Assembly: GCF_009914755.1 (NCBI RefSeq)
Contig: NC_060937.1
Direction: 5' to 3' (one strand)
Source: the human T2T-CHM13v2.0 reference genome, Homo sapiens
DNA length: 64,000 nt
Shown here: positions 55,101-64,000 of the stretch, piece after piece
How the letters are laid out: every line of letters starts with the position of its first letter
How positions within the stretch are numbered: position 1 is the stretch's first letter
Translations under genes and position numbers: made by a program
Notes under the pieces: generated by a model
The model's input: only the letters and a program-made list of their open reading frames with translations
Database searches by the model: none
Told to the model about the DNA's origin: nothing

Positions 55101-57382
55101 TTGGGAAAGGGGGCTAGTGAAAGGCCTGTGGATCCCTCATAAATACCTTGGTGCCATTCACTTGTTCACTCTGTAATGAGTGAGTTCTCACTCTCAGTAG
55201 ACTTCATTAGTTTTCATGAGAGTGGGGTGTTAAAAAGTGAGGACATCTTTGGGTTTTGTTCCTTCACACACGTCTGCTTCTCTTTTGATGCTCTGCCATG
55301 CTGTGACACAGCATGAAAGTCCTCGCTAGAAACTGAGCCGAGGCAGGCACCAAGCTTCTTGTGCTTTCCAGCCTGTAGAACTATGAGCTAAACACACCCC
55401 TTTTCTTTAGATGTTATCCAGCCTCAGGTATTCTGTTACGGCAACACAAAAGAGACTAAGACAGAAAATTGGTACCGAGGAGTAGGATGTTGCTACACAG
55501 ATATCTGAAAATGTGAAGTGGCTTTGCAACTGGGTCATGAGCAGAGGCTGGAAGAGTTCGAAGAAGCAGCTAGAAAAATACTATATTGCTATGAATTAAG
55601 CATTAAGGATGATTCTGGCGAGGGCTCAAAAAAATACAAAAAGATGAAGGAAAGTTTGGAAATTGTTAGAGATTTGTTAAGAGGTGGTAGCCAGAATGCT
55701 GATAGAAATATGGATAGTAAAGGTCATTCTTATGAACTCTTAGATGGAAATTAAGAACTTACTGGGAGCTGGAGTAAAAGGCATCCTTGTTATGCCATTG
55801 CAAAAAACTTGGCTACACTGTGTCCATGCCCTAGGACTCTGTGGAAAGCTGAACTTAAGAGTGATGGAATAGCATATCTGGTGGAAGAAATTTCTAAGCA
55901 GCAAAGTGCGTGGGCTGCTGAGTGCTTGCTTCTAACTGCTTACAGTGAATTACTAGAAAAAGGGAAACAGAGCAGAAAAAATTGGAAAATTCACAGCCTG
56001 GCCAAAATTCTGGTAGAGAATGAAAGAGCCCAAAGGTGAGGTGAGGCAGAGAAACCCCTTGCTAGAGAGATTAGCGTGGATAAACGGAAGCCAGGTGCTA
56101 AAAGAACAATGGGAAAAAGCAATGGGAAAAAGGTCCCCAACGCATTTCAAAGATCTTTAAGGTCGCCTCTTCCATCACAGACCCAGAGGTCTAAGTCTAA
56201 GATGACAGGTTGGTTTAGGGGAACAAGCCCAGGATGCTGTGTCTCTGTGCTGCCTGGGGACACTGGTCCCCACATTCTGGATGCTCCAGCCTTGGTTCAT
56301 GTGGCCCCAGGTTTGACTCATGCCACTGCTCTGTAGAGAGCAAGCCCTGAGCCTTAGCAGCTTCCATGCGGCACTAATTCTACAGACATACAGAATGAAA
56401 GAGCAGTGGAGACGTGGCAGCTTCCTCCTAGATTTCAGAGGATGTATCAGAAAGCCTGGGAGCCCAGACAGAAAATTGACACAGGGGCAGAGCCACTACA
56501 GGGAGTGCCTACCAAGGTTGGTGGAGCTATAGAGGCAGGGCTGCCCTCAAGACCCCAGAATTGTAGAGCTACTAGCAGCATGTAGTGCCTGCCTGGGAAA
56601 GCTACAGGTGTCTGATTTCAAGCCCTGGAGCACCCACATGGGCTCTGCCCAGCAAAACCATGGGGATGGGGCTGCTCAAGGTCTTGGGAGCCTACCCCTT
56701 TCACCAGTGTGCCTAGGAGGCAGCACCTGGAGCTTTAAGATTTAATGTTCGGTCTACTGGGCTTTGAACTTGTGTGGGACTTGTCATTCTTTTAGTTTGT
56801 CTGATTTTTTCCCCTTTGGAATGGGAATGTTTATCTTGGAAGTAAAAAACTTGTTTTTGATTTTACAGGCTCAGAGTTGGAAGGAGCTTGCCTTGAGTCT
56901 CAGATGAGACTTTGGACTTTAGACATTCTAGTTGATGCCGGAACAAGTTAAGACTTTTGGAGACTATTGGGAAGGGATAATTGTATTTTACAATGAGGAG
57001 GGCATAAGTTTTGTGGGGCCAGAGGTGGAATAATATGGTTTGGATATGGTTTGTTTATCCCTACCAGATCTCATATTGAAATTTGATCTCCACTGTGGCT
57101 GTGTTGGGAGTTGGGGTCTGGTGGGAGGTGTTTGGGTCATGGGAGGTGGATCCCTCATGAATGGCTTAGTACTGTTCTCAAGGTAGTGATTGAATTCCCA
57201 CTCTTGGATTAGTTCTCTTGGGAATAGATTGTTTCCCTTTGAGGGTGGGTTGTTACAAAGTGAGGACACCTCTAAGTTTTCCCCCTTTCCTTTGACCTTC
57301 CACTGTTTCATGAGGAGCAGATGTTAGCACCATGCTCCTTGAACTTCCCAGCCTGTAGAACCATGAGCTATATAAATCTCTC

Positions 57383-58544
57383 TTTTTTTTTTTTCATTTT
57401 AAGTTCTTTTTTTTTTATTATACTTTAAGTTTTAGGGTACATGTGCACAATGTGCAGGTTAATTACATATGTATACATGTGCCATGCTGGTGTGCTGCAC
57501 CCATTAACTCATCATTTAGCGTTAGGTATATCTCCTAATGCTATCCCTCCCCCTTCCCCCCATCCCACAACAGTCCCCAGAGTGTGATGTTCCCCTTCCT
57601 GTGTCCATGTGTTCTCATTGTTCATTTCCCACCTATGAGTGAGAACATGCAGTGTTTGGTTTTTTGTCCCTGTGATAGTTTACTGAGAATGATGATTTCC
57701 AATTTCATCCATGTCCCTACAAAGGACATGAACTCATCATTTTTTATGGCTGCATAGTATTCCATGGTGTATATGTGCCACATTTTCTTAATCCAGTCTA
57801 TCATTGTTGGACATTTGGATTGGTTCCAAGTCTTTGCTATTGTGAATAGTGCCGCAGTAAACATACGTGTACATGTGTCTTTATAGCAGCATGATTTATA
57901 GTCCTTTGGGTATATACCCAGTAATGGGATGGCTGGGTCAAATGGTATTTCTAGTTCTAGATCCCTGAGTAATCGCCACACTGTCTTCCACAATGGTTGA
58001 ACTAGTTTACAGTCCCACCAACAGTGTAAAAGTGTTCCTGTTTCTCCACATCCTCTCCAGCACCTGTTCTTTCCTGACTTTTTAATTATTGTCATTCTAA
58101 CAGGTGTGAGATGGTATCTCATTGTGGTTTTGATTTGCATTTCTCTGATGGCCAGTGATGGTGAGCATTTTTTCCTGTGTTTTTTGGCTACATAAGTGTC
58201 TTCTTTTGAGAAGTGTCTGTTCATGTCCTTCGCCCACTTTTTGATGGGGTTGTTTGTTTTTTTCTTGTAAATTTGTTTGAGTTCATTGTAGATTCCGGAT
58301 ATTAGCCCTTTGTCAGATGAGTAGGTTGAGAAAATTTTCTCCCATTTTGTAGGTTGCCTTTTCACTCTGATGGTAGTTTCTTTTGCTGTGCAGAAGCTCC
58401 TTAGTTTAATTAGATCCCATTTGTCAATTTTGGCTTTTGTTGCCCCTGCTTTTGGTGTTTTAGACATGAAGTCCTTGCCCATGCGTATGTCCTGAATGGT
58501 AATGCCTAGGTTTTCTTCTAGGGTTTTTATTGTTTTAGGTCTAA
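57383..58544 (-). mobile_element. 5'-truncated L1PA (PA2-PA4-like), about 1.15 kb
   Basis: L1PA 3' UTR plus ORF2 3' end. TSD ataaatctct at 57372-57381 and 58544-58553. Lacks the L1Hs-Ta ACA diagnostic. Confidence 0.95.
57622..58482 (-). pseudogene. L1 ORF2p C-terminal fragment, 286 aa open frame
   Basis: [10 protein letters not shown]..., CCHC knuckle [18 protein letters not shown], ...MFSLIGG. No EN/RT domain and no promoter. Confidence 0.93.
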
Positions 58545-58639
58545 TAAATCTCTTTTTTAAGAAATAAATTTATAAATAGAATACCCAGCTTCAGGTATTC
58601 TGTTATAGCAACACAAAATAGACTAAGACACTCTCCAAC

Positions 58640-59820
58640 CTCCTAATTATGGAGAGCTCAGGCTTGCTGCACAAGTCTCTTGCACATCTCCAGATACCTG
58701 AGTGATCTTCCTCACATTTAATAATTTCTAAAATTTGTCTTCTCCAAAGGAGATCCCTTTCTTAACCTCCAGACTAAAATATCACATTGCCCTCATCCCT
58801 ACTTAATGTGTCCAAAACAAAACCTCTGATTCTCCATCCACACAATCACTTTCTCCCTTAGTGGGCCCATCTCAGTAAGTGGTAACTCTGTTCTAATTGC
58901 TCAGGATGAAACCCTGGCATCAACATTGACTCCTCTTCTCTCATACTGCACATTCCATTCTTAGCAAATCCTGTCAGTTTTACCTTCGAAAAATTATTTT
59001 TAAGATCTGACCATTCTCACCACCCCCGCTGCCCAATGCCATTCTAAACTTCCACCATCACTGCAGCATAAAGCTCCATGAGGGCAGAGGGCTTTGTCTG
59101 TTTTGCTCATTGCTATGTTCTCAGCTCTCAGCACATAGTAGGTGCTCAGTTGCTATTTAATAAGTAACCTCTCACCTAGATTATTGCAGTAATCCCCTAG
59201 CTCGGGGTTTCTTGGCCTCAGCACATTTGACATTTGGGGCCAGATAATTCTTCATTGTGGTGGGCTGTCCTGTGCATTCTAAGATGTTCAGCAGCGTCCC
59301 TGGGCTCTGCTCACTACATGCCAATAGCATCCTCCACTCCTGAGGTGCAACAACCAAAATGTCCCCAGACATTGACAAATGTCCACTAAGGGGCAGAAAC
59401 ACCACCATGGCTGATCTTCTACTTTCCATGCTCCTGCTCACACTGTCTCTGTGCTGGTGTAGAGCAAGGCTCTACACATGTAAGTCAATCTGTGGCTTGT
59501 CATTGACTCAGAGTAAAATCCTTACAGTGCCTGTAAGACCTCTCTCTTCTCTCACCTTATCCCTCCCCACTGCTCCTCTGTCTCAGGCCCACTCCCTGCT
59601 CATCCTCTGCACACATCAGGAAGCCCCAGTGCTTCCACACTTGCTGTCCCTTATGCCAGAAACACCTTACTTCTGGACACCCACATGGAACTTCTCAGGC
59701 CAGCTCTACTTGCCACCCTCCTCCTGTAACACATCATCCTCCTCCTCCTCCCCTCTGCACTCCACAATCCCCTACCTTGCTTCTGTTTCTCCATAGCACT
59801 GACCACCTCTTAACAGACAA
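58640..59820. mobile_element. L2 fragments interrupted by MER20
   Basis: acttaatgtgtccaaaacaaaacctc, ttgactcctcttctctc, aagctccatgagggcagagggctttgtctgttttgctca...gcacatagtaggtgctcag. Confidence 0.65.
59203..59410 (+). mobile_element. MER20 (hAT-Charlie)
   Basis: ttgacatttggggccagataattctt...gggctgtcctgtgcatt...gatgttcagcagcgtccctgg...caaccaaaatgtccccagacattg. Confidence 0.85.
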
Positions 59821-60134
59821 ATGAGCCTAGGATGGTGCCTTGCAGGGCACAGACTCACAAAACGTCTGTCTAGTGTGTGGTAAATGGACAGTGGGTGTAT
59901 ACAGAAGGCTTCACTGGCCTCCATCCTCTGTCTTTGGCTATCTCTGAATTCGTATCAAGTCACAGTTGGGCCTATTTCCTCCTGACACTGAATGTATGAA
60001 CAGAACTCAACAAATGGTATAAAACAAACCAACATAAACAACCAAATGCCTCACATGGACCTCCCAGAAACCAGCTTGGATGCGTCCTCTTTGTGTGTCA
60101 GGCTTGGGGCTCAGTTTGGTGTTTGCAGCAGAGC

Positions 60135-60375
60135 CTAGTGATCAGGGCTTAGAGTTTGAAGTTGAATTGCCTGGGTGCAAACCCTGACTTCCTCACTTAT
60201 CCCCATGTGCCCACGGGAAGTTACATTTCCCATTTGGGCTTCATGTTCTCATCTGTAAAATGGGATAATAATACGGCAGAATTCTCAGGGCTACTGTGAG
60301 GATTGAGAGAATTATACTGGAAAAGTGCTTAGGCCTGCAGTAAGGCCTGAGTCTGTCTGTTGTTAGTATTATTAC
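60135..60375 (+). mobile_element. MIR
   Basis: ctcatctgtaaaatgggataataata...ctgtgaggattga. Confidence 0.75.
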
Positions 60376-60449
60376 TAGCCATGTATATATGCTGTCTTCA
60401 CGAGGATTTGGTGCCTGGTGATATGATGAAGCTTTGAAAGTTCCTGCAA

Positions 60450-61424
<975 letters not shown>

Positions 61425-62253
61425 TTATTGGGTACAGCTCTCAGTCCCATTATTATGTGGGCATCACAGCACCAGCCAGGGCGAGGGGACAAGTGACCAG
61501 CCAGTCCTCCCGACCCAGGAAGGGGTTGGCTAATCCCTTTAGCATCCTTCCCTTTTTTTTTTTTTTTCTCACTATGGAGGTTTCATGTAGACTTGTGATG
61601 TGATTAGCGCAGGAGGAAAGGGTGAAGCAAGATCCCCTTAACTTCTAGAATTTTCTCCCACGATTCCTAGAACTATCAAGAAAATAAGCAAAAATTGTGT
61701 TGAATGTGAAGAGAGAAGAGCAGTGTCAGTACAAAGGCTGACCGAGCATCCATGCTGACCACAACTGTGTTTATGCCAGCTTTATGACAGTGATAGGAAC
61801 TGCATGTGAATGATGTTTAAGACTCTTGAACAAAAGCACGTAGAGAATATTTCCTAGGGTGAAAAACAGAAAGGTCCCCTGTGCTCCCATTCTGTAACTC
61901 CTATTATGAATAAAATGGTGTGTTTCACATTTAATAAACAGTTGCTGGGTTGGATGGATTTCCTTTTTGTATCCAGTGGACTGAAGGTCAAAAGGTATAT
62001 TTTTGTGTTTTTTTTTCTGCTCTAATTTACACCCGCTATTTACAGACCTGCCATTTCCAAGCTTAGAATACTTCCCATAATGCAGGAAAGAGGCCAGATG
62101 AAGTGGCTAGAGGTCTCCTGCCTCCTGGACATTCAGAAGAGGCAAACTGCCCCTAACAGAAGGACTTGAGTCCCTGAAACAGTGGCCTTTAACCAACCCA
62201 TGCCACTATCTCCCCTTTTGTCCATACAAGGTCACTTGCTGGACAGCCTGGCT

Positions 62254-62424
62254 TAGGGTTGTCAGATCAGACACGGGATACCCAGTTAATCTGAATTTCA
62301 GGTACAAGATAGTTTATTTAGTATAAAAATGTCCCCAATATTGCACAGGCAGATGTTCGTGCTTATCTGAAATTCAAGTTTAACTGGGCACCCTGTATTT
62401 TTATTTCCTAAGATGACAACCACT
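62254..62424. mobile_element. MER53 palindromic MITE
   Basis: Nested inverted repeats GGTTGTCA/TGACAACC, CCCAGTTAA/TTAACTGGG and TGAATTTCAG/CTGAAATTCA. Confidence 0.8.
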
Positions 62425-62676
62425 GCCCTGGTTGGGGGTAGGGATGAGGCATTCCCAGCAGCAGGAGCCGCTTACACCACACATTTGCTGCCTCCCAGGC
62501 TTGCCCGTGTCTGGTCTCCTGCTCTTCTCTAGCAAGTGGGACTTACTGACACATAACAAGAGAGGGTTGTCACTGGTATGAGCAGCCCTCTCTCCTTGCC
62601 TAATTTTTTAGTGTCTCAATGAGACTCCTATGTCCATGTTAGGACATTCTCTCCTTCCCCTGCCTTATAGTAGAAA

Positions 62677-62821
62677 CCATCCATCCAGCCATCATCACCT
62701 ATCCACTCATCCACTCACCTGTCTACCCACCCACCCATCCATCCATCCACCCACCCACCCATCCATCCACCCACCCATCCATCAACTCATCCGTCCATCC
62801 ACTCATCCATCCATCTATCCA
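62677..62821 (+). repeat. (CCAT/CCAC)n simple repeat
   Basis: Read directly. Confidence 0.9.
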
Positions 62822-63109
62822 TAAGCATTCACAGAACACCTTTTAAGTACCAGACACCATGCGGCAAATCCATAATCTCCCTGAGAACATGTCATATGAA
62901 AGATTCATGTTCTGACTTGGAGCCAATTTACTGGGAACCCTCCAGACCACAGAAAGCAGCTATCATGATGAACAGAGTAGCTCTGACCCAGTATCTCTGG
63001 GCCAGCCCAACATTAGCCAAGATAACTCAGATGCCACCAGTTGCCCTGCAACCAAGCTGACCTATGAGATGTGGTACAGGGAAGCTGAAGCTAGACAGGA
63101 CTGTCCTCA

Positions 63110-63480
63110 TGTATCAGTTAGGGAAGGCTAATTGCAGGAACAAATAGACCTCAACAACATGTATAATCACAGTGGATGTTTTTTCTTGTTCAGATCACAA
63201 TCCTGGCAGGGGGAGAGGTTGGTGGGGCAGTTCTCCTCAGCACATCCACCCAGGGACTCAGACTGTGGAGGTTCTGCTGTCTTCATCAGGTCACTTCCAA
63301 GGTCACCCCAGGGCCATCACCAGAAGAGGATGAGAGCTTGGTGGCATGCATGGCAGACTTTGAAGGACAGGACTGGAAGTGGCACGCATCCCTTCATCAC
63401 TGGCTGTGCTACATTGGCTGGCCACGTGGTCACTACTAGTCACAAGGAAGATTAGAGAATGCAGGCCCAGGAAGAAGGTA
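63110..63480 (-). mobile_element. Old MLT1 (J/K-like) LTR
   Basis: tgtatcagttaggg..ggcta..tgcaggaacaaatagacc...cagggactcagactg...cattggctgg..gtggtcac. Confidence 0.55.
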
Positions 63481-64000
63481 GGGACGTGGATTTGTTTAAC
63501 TTCTCTGAGCTTCAGTTTCCTCATTTGTGAAATACCCCATTGATTGCCTCTCAAAGCCAACTGGTAAAATCTCTGCCTGAACCCACTCCTGGCAAGTCTG
63601 ACAAAGTCCCCAGGTGTTCCTTTCCGAGGATCAGGTCTTCCCTCCAACCCAGCAGACACTCTGAGGTTAAAGGAAAACTAATTCCTCTTCCATTTTTCCA
63701 TCTGGCCTGCTTCTTGATTCTTGCCCTCCTCACACTGGCTACTGAAAACGAAGCCACTTCATTTCATGGATGTAGTTCATTTCCTGCTGGTTGCTTTGGA
63801 TCTTGGATGCCTTTCTCCATGAAAGCAACCCTAAGCAGGGTGGCTTTATCCCCCAGAAGACCAGCCCCCATCTTGTGGCTCCAGGTGTCTTCAAGGGTGG
63901 GCTGGAGGGAGGTGCTGGCCCCTGGGCAGTTCCCATGGCAGCCTGTGAGCAGGCTCCAGCAGCAGGGAGTAAGGGCAGAGCTCAGGGACCCCAGCGAAGG

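Larger units (their letters stand above)
55044..58630 (+). mobile_element. Two-LTR MST (MaLR) provirus: 5' LTR 55044-55463, internal 55464-57030, 3' LTR 57031-58630 (split by L1)
   Basis: Both LTRs end ggtattctgtta..gcaacacaaaa..gactaagaCA. Internal region starts gaaaattggtacc and ends in a purine tract ggggccagaggtggaa. Flanks ctttc / ctctc give a 4/5 match to a 5-bp TSD. Confidence 0.88.

Noticed and set aside
57622-58482. Longest ORF in the window (286 aa) as a novel gene
   Set aside because: It is the C-terminus of L1 ORF2p in a 5'-truncated L1PA. The open frame reflects limited age, not host function.
62630-62824. His/Pro-rich ORF
   Set aside because: Translation of the (CCAT/CCAC)n simple repeat.

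Overview
This is mammalian, almost certainly human, genomic DNA: it is dense in Alu, L1PA, MaLR/ERVL and MER repeats. It contains the complete main transcription unit of ALOX5AP (FLAP, 5-lipoxygenase-activating protein, MAPEG family) on the + strand. Five coding exons (11707-11776, 20164-20263, 28155-28225, 32061-32142, 40056-40218) have GT-AG introns and join into 486 nt, i.e. 161 aa plus stop, with an AATAAA at 40509. About 11.6 kb of upstream and 23.5 kb of downstream sequence are mostly transposon-derived. They include a decayed ERV-L pol/integrase/dUTPase relic (about 490-2750) and a two-LTR MST (MaLR) provirus (55044-58630) whose 3' LTR is split by a 5'-truncated L1PA. I see no other host protein-coding gene, and nearly all ORF-track entries are repeat-derived or chance ORFs. 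I cannot demonstrate a new biological system from sequence alone. The best leads are regulatory or RNA-level. (i) A 5 x 33-bp intronic minisatellite in which each unit carries an NF-kB-type decamer, four of them perfect. (ii) STAT/NF-kB/C-EBP and RUNX/STAT/ETS motif clusters upstream and in intron 1. (iii) A perfect 80-bp duplication inside an ancient LTR upstream of the promoter. (iv) Inverted Alus bracketing exons 3-4, whose 153-nt circle would be a stop-free, ATG-containing frame. (v) A tandem exon-4 donor that would give an NMD-escaping truncated FLAP. Repeat subfamily names come from recalled consensus sequences, and repeat boundaries are approximate (about +/-10-30 nt).
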